Made by a program: the position numbers and the translations under genes. Positions 20,601-30,715 of a DNA stretch of 64,000 nucleotides are shown piece after piece (within the stretch, counting starts at the first letter, position 1; every line of letters starts with the position of its first letter). The notes under the pieces are model-generated. The model saw only the letters and a list, made by a program, of their open reading frames with translations, had not been told where the DNA came from and did no database searches. Source of the stretch: Candidatus Sericytochromatia bacterium (GTDB taxonomy: Bacteria > Cyanobacteriota > Sericytochromatia > UBA7694); the NCBI GenBank assembly GCA_037968875.1, contig JBBKWI010000085.1, positions 1,072 to 65,071 on the forward strand. Direction: 5' to 3'.

Positions 20601-21173
20601 ATGATTCAGAAAGACGGAACTGTGACCCGATATCGGCCCGTACCTCGAACTTTGTCAGATATAATGAAGCGCTTGCCTCCGCGTCGGCGGAATGCGCCTG
20701 AATTGATTTCTCCTGAAGAGCTAAGGCAAAGCAAGGCCTCGCTGTTGGAGCCTGAAGCATTGTTTAAAAGCGTCACAGCCAGACCTTCTCATTCAGAGCA
20801 GACCCGTCAGGAAATCGGCCAACAAGGGATGCGCCAACCGGGTCAGTTGTTTGGGCCATTACAATTGGCGACGCCAGGCCAAAAATTAAGCAGCCCACAA
20901 GAGCTAGACCTCTTGCCAGGATTATCTTTAGCTAAAGTGGTTTTTGAGCCCTTACCAGAGCCAGCTGAAATTTTTAAAGATTTGCCAACCACAGACAGTC
21001 AAGCAGCTGATCCTAAATCTGAATTAAAACCCAATCAGCCGGCGCTACAGAAACCAATGAAGCGCTCTCCAACCGCCCCTTTGCCCCCTGAGCCGGGCCC
21101 ACGCTACAAACGACGTCCGCCTCCCCCTGGGCCTGAGCGTACTCCTCCCAATAATCAGAGTTCAACCCGTTAG
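20601..21173 (+). CDS. Hypothetical proline-rich protein
   Basis: ORF of 190 aa with low complexity, ending in 'PPPPGPERTPP'. Its stop abuts the start of the HDAC-like gene. Confidence 0.35.
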   Translation: MIQKDGTVTRYRPVPRTLSDIMKRLPPRRRNAPELISPEELRQSKASLLEPEALFKSVTARPSHSEQTRQEIGQQGMRQPGQLFGPLQLATPGQKLSSPQELDLLPGLSLAKVVFEPLPEPAEIFKDLPTTDSQAADPKSELKPNQPALQKPMKRSPTAPLPPEPGPRYKRRPPPPGPERTPPNNQSSTR

Positions 21174-22241
21174 ATGTCTGCGCCATTTATTTTTTATTCG
21201 GCTGATTTTCTCGAACATTTGACTGCGGGTCACCCTGAGTCGCCTTTGCGGCTGAGTCAAATCTTAAAGCAATTGGATCGTGACCGCTTAAGTCAGAAAT
21301 TGCGTTTTTATGAGCCCCGACCTGCAGAGTTGGATTTTATTCAACGGATACATGCTGAGCACTATCTGACTCAGGTCGCAGCATTTTGCCAGACAGCAGG
21401 GACTGGTCGACGGATAGATGAGGACACTGTGGTTTCGGTTGGGACGTTTCCGGCGGCTCGCAAAGCAGCAGGTGCAGCTATTGATATGGTTGAAGCCCTG
21501 ACTCAAGATCGCTGTGACAGTGCTTTTTGTCTGGTACGCCCCCCTGGGCATCATGCTATGCCGCATCATTTGATGGGCTTTTGCTTCTTTAATAATCTGG
21601 CGCTTGCCGCACTTTATGCGATCGAACAGCTTGGCTTAAAACGGGTGGCTATATTGGACTGGGATGCCCATCATGGCAATGGCACAGAAACCATTTTTTA
21701 TCGTGATCCCCGTGTCTTAACGGTTTCCTGGCATCAAGACCCCAATTGGCCGGGTACAGGTAAGATAGAAGACTGGGGCACAGGGGCTGGCTTAGGCTAT
21801 AGTCTGAATATCCCCTTGCCTGCACGTTATGGCGTGTCGGCTTTTCTGGAAACCTATCAACATGTCGTTGCGCCCGCTTTGGAGCGTTTTCAACCCGAAT
21901 TGGTGCTGGTGGCTGCTGGTTATGATGCGCATCACGCTGATATCTTGACCGATATGGGCATGACAGCTACTGGCTTTGCTCAATTGACAGAATTAATTAT
22001 GGGACATCTGGGCAAAATTGGAGTCACTAAAATTGGCTTTAGTTTAGAGGGCGGCTATCATCAAGAGGCCCTTGCAAACTCAGTGTCGGCGACGATTAAA
22101 ACATTGTTAAAACAACAGGCCAAAGCTTATAAAGAGACCTTTGCGGCCCCGCCAGAAGTCGATTTGATGGCTTTACCAACCTTGATTGAGCGCTTAAAAA
22201 GCTTGCATCCTTTATTACAAGCTGACAAAATTATAAGCTGA
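21174..22241 (+). CDS. Histone-deacetylase-family amidohydrolase (AcuC/acetylpolyamine-amidohydrolase-like)
   Basis: ORF of 355 aa with 'RPPGHHA', 'DWDAHHGNGTE' and 'GYDAHHAD'. Confidence 0.7.
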   Translation: MSAPFIFYSADFLEHLTAGHPESPLRLSQILKQLDRDRLSQKLRFYEPRPAELDFIQRIHAEHYLTQVAAFCQTAGTGRRIDEDTVVSVGTFPAARKAAGAAIDMVEALTQDRCDSAFCLVRPPGHHAMPHHLMGFCFFNNLALAALYAIEQLGLKRVAILDWDAHHGNGTETIFYRDPRVLTVSWHQDPNWPGTGKIEDWGTGAGLGYSLNIPLPARYGVSAFLETYQHVVAPALERFQPELVLVAAGYDAHHADILTDMGMTATGFAQLTELIMGHLGKIGVTKIGFSLEGGYHQEALANSVSATIKTLLKQQAKAYKETFAAPPEVDLMALPTLIERLKSLHPLLQADKIIS

Positions 22242-22286
22242 TATTTTAGAAAATAAAATTTGAATCAACCCATACAAGAGGCAGAT

Positions 22287-23309
22287 ATGAAAAAAATCCT
22301 GGTTTTGACAAGTGGCGGCGATGCGCCAGGTATGAATACCGCTTTGCGCGGGGTTGTGCGTGAAGCCCGTTTTCATGATATTCAGGTCTATGCAGCTTAT
22401 GATGGCTTTAAAGGTTTAACAGAAGGCAATATCTTGCCCCTAACCAATCATGATATTGCAGGCACCTTACAATTGGGGGGTACGATTCTGGGGACGGCGC
22501 GTTATCCACAATTTCAAGAAAAGCCCTATAGGATGAAAGCCTTTCGCAATTTAAAACATTGTGAGATCGATGGCATGATCGTGATTGGTGGCAACGGTTC
22601 TTTGACCGGGGGGCACCGACTCTTTGAAGAAACAGGTATGCCGGTGGTCGGGATCCCAGCTTCAATTGATAATGATATCCATGGTACAGACATGTGCATC
22701 GGGGTCGATACGGCCTTAAATACGATTGTCTATAATGTCGATAAAATTCGCGATACCGCTTCATCTCATAGCCGGCTGTTTGTGATTGAAGTGATGGGCC
22801 GAGATTGTGGTTATCTGGCGCTGAATTCGGCCATATCGTGTGGTGCCCTGGCGGTTTTGATTCCTGAATTGCAGGCTGATTTTTCAGCTGATGAATTTGG
22901 CAATTTGATTTACAAGGCATTTTTGCGTTCTAAAAAGCATGCGATCGTGATCAAAGCTGAAGGCTTTACGCGTCATTCGGATCAAGAGATCAAAATGCTT
23001 CTGGGTGATTATTTGTCTGCTCGCGGTATTGAGAAAGTCTCTATGCGCTTTACCAATCTGGGGCATATTCAGCGCGGCGGAGCGCCGACTTCCTTTGATC
23101 GTATTCTGGCTAGTAAATTGGGAATTCATGCGGTGCGTCAACTTTTGTCTGGGCAAACGGACGTGATGGTGGCTCTGGTCAAAAATGTAATCACAGCCTC
23201 TCCACTGGTTGATTGTTCCAAAGGCAAATATGAGCGGGTGATGGCACTCTATCAGGAATATATCCATCAAGAAATTATGATGTCAAAAAAAATGACCCCG
23301 GATTTATAA
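22287..23309 (+). CDS. pfkA: ATP-dependent 6-phosphofructokinase
   Basis: 'MKKILVLTSGGDAPGMNTALRGVV', 'GGNGS' and 'GIPASIDNDI'. The ORF track begins at 22260, but the SD (AAGAGG) supports an ATG start at 22287. Confidence 0.8.
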   Translation: MKKILVLTSGGDAPGMNTALRGVVREARFHDIQVYAAYDGFKGLTEGNILPLTNHDIAGTLQLGGTILGTARYPQFQEKPYRMKAFRNLKHCEIDGMIVIGGNGSLTGGHRLFEETGMPVVGIPASIDNDIHGTDMCIGVDTALNTIVYNVDKIRDTASSHSRLFVIEVMGRDCGYLALNSAISCGALAVLIPELQADFSADEFGNLIYKAFLRSKKHAIVIKAEGFTRHSDQEIKMLLGDYLSARGIEKVSMRFTNLGHIQRGGAPTSFDRILASKLGIHAVRQLLSGQTDVMVALVKNVITASPLVDCSKGKYERVMALYQEYIHQEIMMSKKMTPDL

Positions 23310-23320
23310 GGAGAACTTGG

Positions 23321-23701
23321 ATGAAGCAAATTCTTATTTTAACTAGCCTCTTTTGTTGCTTGGTATTACCGGTAACAGCAGCCAGTGATGCAGAGCTTTG
23401 CAAAGATCCTCAAACCCAGACCGATATGAATATCTGTGCTTCCCAGGCTTATCAACGCGCCGATAAAATCCTCAATCAGCTTTTTCAGCAAATCAAGCGC
23501 AAGTATCGCTCTCAGGATTTTAAAAAACTACAGCAGGTTCAGTTTGACTGGCTTAAGTTCAGAGATAGTCATTGCAAATTCGAAGCCTCGTTTTATGAAG
23601 GCGGAACTTTACAGCCCCTGATTCATGGGAAATGTATGGAAACACTGACTTTAGAGCGCAATCTCCATTTTAAAGCTTTACTGGATGGCCCGCCCTATTA
23701 A
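23321..23701 (+). CDS. DUF1311 / lysozyme-inhibitor-LprI-like periplasmic protein
   Basis: ORF of 126 aa with a signal peptide and a conserved Cys pattern ('NICASQAY...DSHC'). Confidence 0.5.
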   Translation: MKQILILTSLFCCLVLPVTAASDAELCKDPQTQTDMNICASQAYQRADKILNQLFQQIKRKYRSQDFKKLQQVQFDWLKFRDSHCKFEASFYEGGTLQPLIHGKCMETLTLERNLHFKALLDGPPY

Positions 23702-23712
23702 AAAGAGAAGGC

Positions 23713-24351
23713 TCAGCCGATTTTCTCTAAGCGCTGCTCCAGGGCCTCACAAAATGTATCAAAATCTGGTCCAACCAGATCTTTTTGACAGACGTCAACG
23801 GCCAGAAAAGGGATCGTCGTGGGACCACGCTGCAAGCGCTTGAGCCAGGAGCCATAGAGCGTATTGATTTCGGCCAAATAATCCAAATCAATTTTTTGTT
23901 CGTATTCACGCCCACGCTGTTTGATCTGCTCTTGTAAGCGTTCAGTTGTGGCGTGTAAATAGAGAATTAAATCTGGGGGATGCAGCAAGTCAGTCACGGT
24001 AAAAAACAAACGGCGATAGTTTTCGTACTGGCGACTATTGATATAACCCCGCTGGTATTGATGCTGAGTAAAAATATGAAAATCTTCATAGATTGAGCGA
24101 TCGTGAATCACATTGGTGCCGGACTTGATGATCTTTTCGATTTCTTTTTGCTGAGCCACTCTTTGACCCAAAAAATAAACCTGCATCTCAAAACAGATTT
24201 CAGGACCTTTGCCAGCGTAATAATCGGCCAAATAGGGATTGTCATCGAGGTGTTCATAAAAAGCGTGGAAATGGTATTTATCCCCCAGGCGGCGCGTTAA
24301 AGTAGACTTTCCGACCCCGGTGGTACCGGCCAAAACAATATAGAGTGACAT
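23713..24351 (-). CDS. Deoxynucleoside kinase
   Basis: ORF of 212 aa with the P-loop 'LAGTTGVGKSTL' and a dNK-family body. Confidence 0.7.
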   Translation of the reverse strand: MSLYIVLAGTTGVGKSTLTRRLGDKYHFHAFYEHLDDNPYLADYYAGKGPEICFEMQVYFLGQRVAQQKEIEKIIKSGTNVIHDRSIYEDFHIFTQHQYQRGYINSRQYENYRRLFFTVTDLLHPPDLILYLHATTERLQEQIKQRGREYEQKIDLDYLAEINTLYGSWLKRLQRGPTTIPFLAVDVCQKDLVGPDFDTFCEALEQRLEKIG

Positions 24352-24543
24352 GGCATGCTCCTGTGTAGTGGGAGTATCAAAACAAATATTTTTTGACCTG
24401 TCAAGCGCGAGACTTTAAGCGCAAAAATCTGGGTTTAAGTATTTATGTAGACTAAGGAGACTTCAGGTTAAGGCCAAAGCGCAGATGCCCTGCAAGCGCT
24501 TTGCAGAAAGCTGTTTTGCTAGCTACAATACTAGCAACAGACC

Positions 24544-25731
24544 ATGATTGGATACCCTGGAGGGCATAAATCAGCAATGCGCATCATTCTTTACACAGGC
24601 AAAGGCGGCGTCGGCAAAACGACGCTCTCAGCCGCTACTGCCTTAAAATCAGCCCAAATGGGTCACCGTACCCTGGTGATCAGTACTGACCCGGCCCATT
24701 CACTCTCAGATTCTTTTGATCAAGCGATCGAAGCCGAGCCCACGTTATTGGCTCCCAATCTCTGGGGGCAAGAAATCAATGTCTTGAAAGATATTCAGCA
24801 TTATTGGGGCGAATTGCAAACCTCATTGTCGGCCTTACTCGTGACACGGGGGTTTGATAATGTAGTCGCTGACGAATTAGCTGTCATGCCCGGTATGGAA
24901 GAAGTTGCGGCCTTGCTGCATGTCGATGAAAAAGCCGAATCGGGTGACTATGACGTCATCATTTTAGACTGTGCTCCCACGGGAGAAACGATTCGCTTGA
25001 TCAGTATGCCTGATGTGATTGATTGGTATTTGGAGCATTTGTTTAAAATGTCTTTCAAGCAAGCCGGAATTTTTGAACCCGTGATTAAAACGGCCCTGGC
25101 GCTCCCAACCCAGGCGATCTCAAAATCTTTTGAAACGCTCTTTGCTGGAGTCGCGCGCGTCCAAAAACGATTGCAAGACCCAGCCCAAAGCTCGATCAGA
25201 GTGGTGATGACTCCCGAAAAAATGGTGCTCAAAGAAGCTTTGCGGTCTTTTAGCTATTTCTCACTGTTTGGCTATAATGTCGATGCTGTGTTGCTCAATC
25301 GGGTGGTCAAAAATGTAGAAGACTCCCAGTTCCTGCGGACGATGCAAGAAATGCAAAAAGATTATATTGCCCAGGCCCAAACTAGCTTTAGCCCGGTGCC
25401 GATGATAGAATTGCCGTTAATCGCGGGTGAAATTGTCGGCATAGACGATTTAAGAATCGTGGGCAATACCGCTTTTGCTGAGCATGACCCGACCGATATT
25501 TTGTTTGCGGGCCAGGTACAAGAAGTGATTAAGCTCGACAAAGGCTATCTCTTGCGCCGGCGCTTTCCCAAATTCGAAATTGAAAAGTTTGATTTACGCA
25601 AAAAAGGCGACGAGCTGATTCTGACTGTTAATAATGTGCGCCGTTCGATTATTTTGCCCAATACCCTTTCGCAATTGGAGCCCAGTGGAGCCGTTTTTAA
25701 AGATGGAGCACTTGAGATCCGCTTTGAATAA
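24544..25731 (+). CDS. ArsA/Get3-family ATPase (single-domain)
   Basis: ORF of 395 aa with the deviant Walker A 'TGKGGVGKTT' and 'VISTDPAHSL'. The likely true start is the ATG at ~24580. Confidence 0.7.
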   Translation: MIGYPGGHKSAMRIILYTGKGGVGKTTLSAATALKSAQMGHRTLVISTDPAHSLSDSFDQAIEAEPTLLAPNLWGQEINVLKDIQHYWGELQTSLSALLVTRGFDNVVADELAVMPGMEEVAALLHVDEKAESGDYDVIILDCAPTGETIRLISMPDVIDWYLEHLFKMSFKQAGIFEPVIKTALALPTQAISKSFETLFAGVARVQKRLQDPAQSSIRVVMTPEKMVLKEALRSFSYFSLFGYNVDAVLLNRVVKNVEDSQFLRTMQEMQKDYIAQAQTSFSPVPMIELPLIAGEIVGIDDLRIVGNTAFAEHDPTDILFAGQVQEVIKLDKGYLLRRRFPKFEIEKFDLRKKGDELILTVNNVRRSIILPNTLSQLEPSGAVFKDGALEIRFE

Positions 25732-25796
25732 GTGCCAATTGACAGCAACTTGACTCACAGGTTTTGATCTAAGGTAAGAGATTCATCAAAAGGAAA

Positions 25797-26204
25797 ATGC
25801 ATATGCCAGATAAGATTCAAAAATCCGAGCAGGAATGGAAACAAGAACTGAGCCCTGAGCAATTTAAAATATTGCGCGAAAAAGGGACGGAGCAGGCTTT
25901 TACGGGTAAACTCACAGATAACAAAGCCGAAGGCACTTATATCTGCGCCGGCTGTGGACAGTCCTTGTTTGATTCAGAGAGCAAGTATGACTCGGGCTCA
26001 GGTTGGCCCAGCTTTTATCAAGCCAGCAGTGACGAGGCTGTCGCTACCGAGTCTGATAACAGTCTGCTGATGAAGCGTACGGAAGTGCTTTGCTCACAGT
26101 GTAATGGCCACCTGGGGCACGTTTTTCCAGATGGTCCGCAACCCACGGGTCAGCGCTATTGCATCAACTCAGCGTCCCTGGATTTTAAGCCGAAAGCGGA
26201 ATAA
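25797..26204 (+). CDS. msrB: Peptide-methionine (R)-S-oxide reductase
   Basis: ORF of 135 aa with 'CAGCG' and '[12 protein letters not shown]', the zinc CxxC pairs of MsrB, plus the catalytic Cys. Confidence 0.85.
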   Translation: MHMPDKIQKSEQEWKQELSPEQFKILREKGTEQAFTGKLTDNKAEGTYICAGCGQSLFDSESKYDSGSGWPSFYQASSDEAVATESDNSLLMKRTEVLCSQCNGHLGHVFPDGPQPTGQRYCINSASLDFKPKAE

Positions 26205-26401
26205 TTCACTTCGCTCGATTTTAAGATTTATCCAGAGTAGTTTTTGCTAGCAAAGACCTCTGGATTGTCTATTTTTTGTACTAATAATTTTAACTAAAAT
26301 CATAAAATTAGAATAAAAACCCTATTAAAAGCCGAATATACCCCTAGCTTTTATAAGCGACTCTCGCCTATGCTAAAAGCATCACAACAAGGGGATTATT
26401 T

Positions 26402-27058
26402 ATGACAACACCAAACTCAGATCAACTAGAGAACCGTCTTTACCGCTGGTATCGTCGTGGCATGTATGGCTTTGGCGTTGTCGTTGGCGCAGCCATTATT
26501 TCAGGCACCTGGCTGGGTTTGCAGATGGTTCAAAAACATGACCAGGTTCACCGACCTCAGACGCAAGTCAAGGTTTCTGAGCGTGGGGAAAATAGCGCTA
26601 ACCCTTTTCAGGAAGCACGTACAGTTGAATTTAAGCTGCCTTATATGCATGGCGCAAATGCCTATACCCTGCGCTATATGAGCCAATTGGCACAAAACCC
26701 TAAAACGACTAATAAAAATGGCTTTGTTGTTGAAGCTGAGTACCGCTCAGGCAGTATCAAACAGAAAATTGATTTAAACTTATCTTGTGAACATGCCCTG
26801 TGTGAAATGAGCTTTAAAATGCCTTCGCGACTGGTGTTGACTCCACGCTATGACGGGCGACGCTTTGTTTATCCCCAACGGGAATTTGAAGTTCATGCCC
26901 AGGATATCGTTTTCGAAGTTGAGAAGTCCAAGCTGGTCGGTATTGCTAAAAATGATGCCAAAGAGATGGCTCTTTTTGATTCTGAGCTCAATTTAAAGCC
27001 CTATTACAAAGAGTTTTACTTTGACCGGGAGGGTAAATGGCTTAAAGCCAAAGGCTAA
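26402..27058 (+). CDS. Hypothetical membrane-anchored protein
   Basis: ORF of 218 aa with one N-terminal transmembrane segment. I recognise no domain. Confidence 0.35.
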   Translation: MTTPNSDQLENRLYRWYRRGMYGFGVVVGAAIISGTWLGLQMVQKHDQVHRPQTQVKVSERGENSANPFQEARTVEFKLPYMHGANAYTLRYMSQLAQNPKTTNKNGFVVEAEYRSGSIKQKIDLNLSCEHALCEMSFKMPSRLVLTPRYDGRRFVYPQREFEVHAQDIVFEVEKSKLVGIAKNDAKEMALFDSELNLKPYYKEFYFDREGKWLKAKG

Positions 27059-27091
27059 GCTTTTTACCTGGAAACACGGGCAAAGCGCAGT

Positions 27092-27862
27092 TTAGGACTG
27101 TGGCTTTGTCCATTCGCTTAAGACGCCTGTTGATTCAAACTTAATCCATTTGCCATAGAAAAAAGTGAGCTCTTCGTAGAGCTTGACCATGCCCACACCC
27201 GGCGCGTACCAATAATAGAGATAGTCTTCTTTGCCGTTAGCATATTGTTTATGGTGCTCGACTTTGATCGTTTCAAAACGTCCAGCGGGAGTCTCCAAAC
27301 TTTCAGGGCCGACGACACGAATCGTCTCTGTGCCGCCCTGAAAAACACGACCTTCCCAGGGTTTACCAGGGTCAAAGGGAGATTTTAAGACCGTGACATA
27401 TCGGTAGTCAGACCCTTCACTCAGGCTTTGATCTTGCTCGAGTCCAAAAGCAGACACGACAGTTTCTTGATAATGAGAGAGTTCAACGCGATCGCCGTAA
27501 CGTCTGACGAGAGTTGGCTTGGGCATGATTGTGGAGTCTGGATAAGAGCGACGCAATACAGCCTGGATGACGGGTCCTTCATTGGGTAACGCTTCGGCCC
27601 GCATTTGCATGCTGCGAAACTTGGTTTTGGGCTCACCATTTTGACGCTGCTCTAAGCTATATGTCCAACTACGCCCAGGCTCTACAGGATAGTAGCTTGC
27701 CAGGAGGTCTGCACTGGAGAGTTGTTGCAGAGCAGGACTCTGAATCGGCTGGCGGGCAGTATTTGACTGATGTTGCTGTTGACAAGCGCTGATGCTTAAC
27801 AGCAGGGCAGTGGCGATTGAGATCTTTAAGCTTTTCATAATTACCTTATCCTTGGTTGCCAT
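27092..27862 (-). CDS. Hypothetical lipoprotein
   Basis: ORF of 256 aa with a signal peptide and the lipobox 'LLLSISAC'. Its start overlaps the 3' end of the upstream oxygenase-like gene. Confidence 0.4.
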   Translation of the reverse strand: MATKDKVIMKSLKISIATALLLSISACQQQHQSNTARQPIQSPALQQLSSADLLASYYPVEPGRSWTYSLEQRQNGEPKTKFRSMQMRAEALPNEGPVIQAVLRRSYPDSTIMPKPTLVRRYGDRVELSHYQETVVSAFGLEQDQSLSEGSDYRYVTVLKSPFDPGKPWEGRVFQGGTETIRVVGPESLETPAGRFETIKVEHHKQYANGKEDYLYYWYAPGVGMVKLYEELTFFYGKWIKFESTGVLSEWTKPQS

Positions 27863-28607
27863 AAACTTCTCGGGCGGGTCTGAACAAGACCCAGGAGGTC
27901 AATATATATTTATCATTTGACAAAGGAATATGTCCTTTGTGGGTATGGGTAAACCCTGAAGGAGCAAAGACCAGGCGACCCCGGTTTGGTTTTAAGAGGC
28001 GCTGCTGATAGTAAAACTCAGTTTCTCCGCCTTCACGCACGTCATTCAGATAGTACATAAACAAGAGTACCCGGTGCAAGGAATCACAATCGGGATCATG
28101 CATCGCAGGGTAATTCTCAGAATGAAAGTGGTGATAGCCCCCCTGGCGGCGATCGTATTTTTGCAGATTGATCGTGCCCAGTCGATAGACTTTTTGCATC
28201 AATTGTTGCAAAGTGCGATCCGGCAAGCTTTGAATCACTGCCTGGGTAATGGGCATTTGCTGACCCGTTTGCGGATCCGGGACCGACATCGCAATCGCGC
28301 CGGTTAATAAATGGGGGTATTCACGGATGTATTTCACCAGCATCTGCTCGGTGAGGTCTGCAATCTTAGCTGCTTCGTTTGCCCAGTCAGAGTCTGATGA
28401 GATATTAATGTCTTGACTGTCTTTGGCGCTGGGGTTGTGACCATGGCCGGTTACGCCTGCTTTTTTTTGGCGACTGCGTTCAAATTTTTTGATCAGCTGC
28501 TTACAGTCTTCTGCTGCTAAAACCTGATCATAAAGCCCAATAAAATCCTGCACCATGACAACCTTTGCCTGAAATCTCTGGGAAGCCTGTCTGAAACAGA
28601 TCCTCAT
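27846..28607 (-). CDS. 2OG-Fe(II)-oxygenase-like protein (tentative)
   Basis: ORF of 253 aa. 'HHFHSE', a distal 'THTHKGH' and 'RGRLVF' resemble the HxD/E...H...R triad of 2OG oxygenases. The start codon overlaps the stop of the radical-SAM gene (ATG/TAA sharing 1 nt). Confidence 0.4.
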   Translation of the reverse strand: MRICFRQASQRFQAKVVMVQDFIGLYDQVLAAEDCKQLIKKFERSRQKKAGVTGHGHNPSAKDSQDINISSDSDWANEAAKIADLTEQMLVKYIREYPHLLTGAIAMSVPDPQTGQQMPITQAVIQSLPDRTLQQLMQKVYRLGTINLQKYDRRQGGYHHFHSENYPAMHDPDCDSLHRVLLFMYYLNDVREGGETEFYYQQRLLKPNRGRLVFAPSGFTHTHKGHIPLSNDKYILTSWVLFRPAREVYGNQG

Positions 28608-30493
28608 TAATTAGACGTATTGTACACCGAAACGACATGATCGTAAGGCAAGCCGCGCCAATCTCTGACCAGATCTCTGGGCCCGTTTTGTAGGGGGACA
28701 TTTTTTTCAAGTAATGCCCCCTGATAGACTTCCCATAAATTTGAATTCACAGTCAAACGAAAATGCTGGTCATCCAACACTGCTTGTTGTATTTTTTTGG
28801 ACAAGAGCAAGCTGTCTTTGAGTATATTTGTGGGCAGACTTTTGTGATTCTGAGCTAAAAGATTTTCAAAAGCCGTTTGTACCTCAGAGAAAAACTGTTG
28901 CCAGGCACCACTTTCTTGTAAGCCAGCGGTCAAAAAGTCCTCGACAGCCATCCACGAAAGTTGCCCTTTAAAAGGAGCGGGGCAAAACTCTGCTTCCCCA
29001 GATTGAATCCGCACGGATTTGTTTTTGATAAATGACTGAATATCTTGGAGCAGGGGTTGAGCTTGGAAATTAGCCCGCATAAAAAACAGAAATATATCTG
29101 TATAAGATATGTTTGCAAATTGTCGAATCAAGACAATCGGTATCTGTAAAAGTTTACGATTGAAGTAAATAAACACTGACCACCAAACGATTTCGCGACA
29201 GAGACTCCAGTCGGATACACTGAGTGTGTCTGTGCTGATGACCATTTCGATACTCTCAGCAATCTCAGATTCTACCGGGCCAAGGGGCTCTATACAAAGG
29301 GTTTGTACCGTTTTTATACCGTGTTCTTTGCGGTATTGGGGTTGTGCCATGGCGGCATTGGGTAGCAAAAAGACATTGTAAAAACGGATCTGATGATGTT
29401 GGCCTTCTTCGATGACCTGATTTATACCTTCACAAAAACTTTTGAAAGTTTCTCCAGGTAAGGCAATCAGAATATCGGTATAGGTCCTGACCTGGTCATT
29501 CCGAAAACGCAGTTGTAATTCTCGATAGCTTTCCAAAGAAATATTATCGCGCAAAATATTTTTAAGAACCACAGGATTAACCGATTGCAGCGAGAGGGTC
29601 ACAGCCCGATTTAAACCAGATTGAGCAAGCTGCGTTTGAATTTGATAGGCTCTTTCGGTCATGTTTTTGGTATTTTGAATATTAAACTCTAACGGAGCAT
29701 GGTGCTCTTTGTTAATCGTGACAATTCGATCTGTAATCTCTAAATCACGCGGTAGCATCCCGAAATTCGCATCACAACAAAATATCTGGTTGATTTTATT
29801 TTTGCCAAACCATTCAATTTCTTGGGTCAGCCGCTCCAGTCCAAAGCGATTCACCTTTGCGGCAATCGCGGAGCCCCAATCACAGTAAGCGCAAGAAAAG
29901 GGACAGCCCCGATTGGTTTCCCAGAGCGCTGACCACTGCGTTCCAGGACGTTTTTTCAAGATCGGTTCAAAAAGACCCAATAAATAAGGGGAGGGAATCT
30001 GGTCTAAATCACGTAGTCGCTGGCGCGGAGCTAGACTTTGAAATTGGCCTTCTAAATCAATCCACGAGACGCCTGCGATTCCCTCTGGTGAGTCTGGCCA
30101 GGCTTCGAGCATTTCCAAAAATGCAACTTCACCTTCACCCTGACAAACCCAGTTGACCCAGGGGTGTTTGCGTAAGAAAGATTCAGCCTGGTCTGGTATC
30201 TGCGGGCCCCCCATGATAATCAAGGTTTCAGGGCGGTTTTTTTTGATTTCCTGAGCTAAACTTAAGGCATAGTTGATGTTCCAGACATAACAGGAAAAAG
30301 CGACGATATCAGCGAGTCGTGTTTGTGGCAAGACTTCAGCTATAGGGTCCCGCTCAAAAATAGTGGGCATAAAGGTAAATTTGGTGCTGTCGATAGCATG
30401 GCGTAAGACATAAGCTTGTAATAGACCAGCAGCATAAGGCAAATAATTTCGTTGTAACAAGGGCTGGTTGATCTGCACCAACTGTACAATCAT
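28607..30493 (-). CDS. B12-binding-domain radical SAM protein with a C-terminal DUF4080-like region
   Basis: ORF of 628 aa with an N-terminal cobalamin-binding Rossmann-like region, the radical-SAM cluster motif 'GCPFSCAYCDW' and a tail of about 250 aa. Confidence 0.7.
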   Translation of the reverse strand: MIVQLVQINQPLLQRNYLPYAAGLLQAYVLRHAIDSTKFTFMPTIFERDPIAEVLPQTRLADIVAFSCYVWNINYALSLAQEIKKNRPETLIIMGGPQIPDQAESFLRKHPWVNWVCQGEGEVAFLEMLEAWPDSPEGIAGVSWIDLEGQFQSLAPRQRLRDLDQIPSPYLLGLFEPILKKRPGTQWSALWETNRGCPFSCAYCDWGSAIAAKVNRFGLERLTQEIEWFGKNKINQIFCCDANFGMLPRDLEITDRIVTINKEHHAPLEFNIQNTKNMTERAYQIQTQLAQSGLNRAVTLSLQSVNPVVLKNILRDNISLESYRELQLRFRNDQVRTYTDILIALPGETFKSFCEGINQVIEEGQHHQIRFYNVFLLPNAAMAQPQYRKEHGIKTVQTLCIEPLGPVESEIAESIEMVISTDTLSVSDWSLCREIVWWSVFIYFNRKLLQIPIVLIRQFANISYTDIFLFFMRANFQAQPLLQDIQSFIKNKSVRIQSGEAEFCPAPFKGQLSWMAVEDFLTAGLQESGAWQQFFSEVQTAFENLLAQNHKSLPTNILKDSLLLSKKIQQAVLDDQHFRLTVNSNLWEVYQGALLEKNVPLQNGPRDLVRDWRGLPYDHVVSVYNTSN

Positions 30494-30715
30494 GGCGAAC
30501 CTTTCTGATACTGGGTTAAGCTCATTGTAATCTTTAGTCTACGATATTCCAAACCCAAAGTCGGCCATTTCATGTGGAATCAAGATAATTCGCTACAAAG
30601 TAATTAAAATAGACTAAGCAATTTGGCTTGAAACTGTATTGGCAATGCTTGAGATCAAGACCGTAACTGTGTTATAGTCAGTTCATTAATTTTGCAAGGA
30701 GAATGATTTTTTAAC

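Noticed and set aside
28607-28607. Apparent coordinate conflict at the junction of the radical-SAM and oxygenase-like genes
   Set aside because: The two ORFs share one nucleotide: the ATG of the downstream gene overlaps the TAA of the upstream gene. This is a genuine overlap, not a frameshift.
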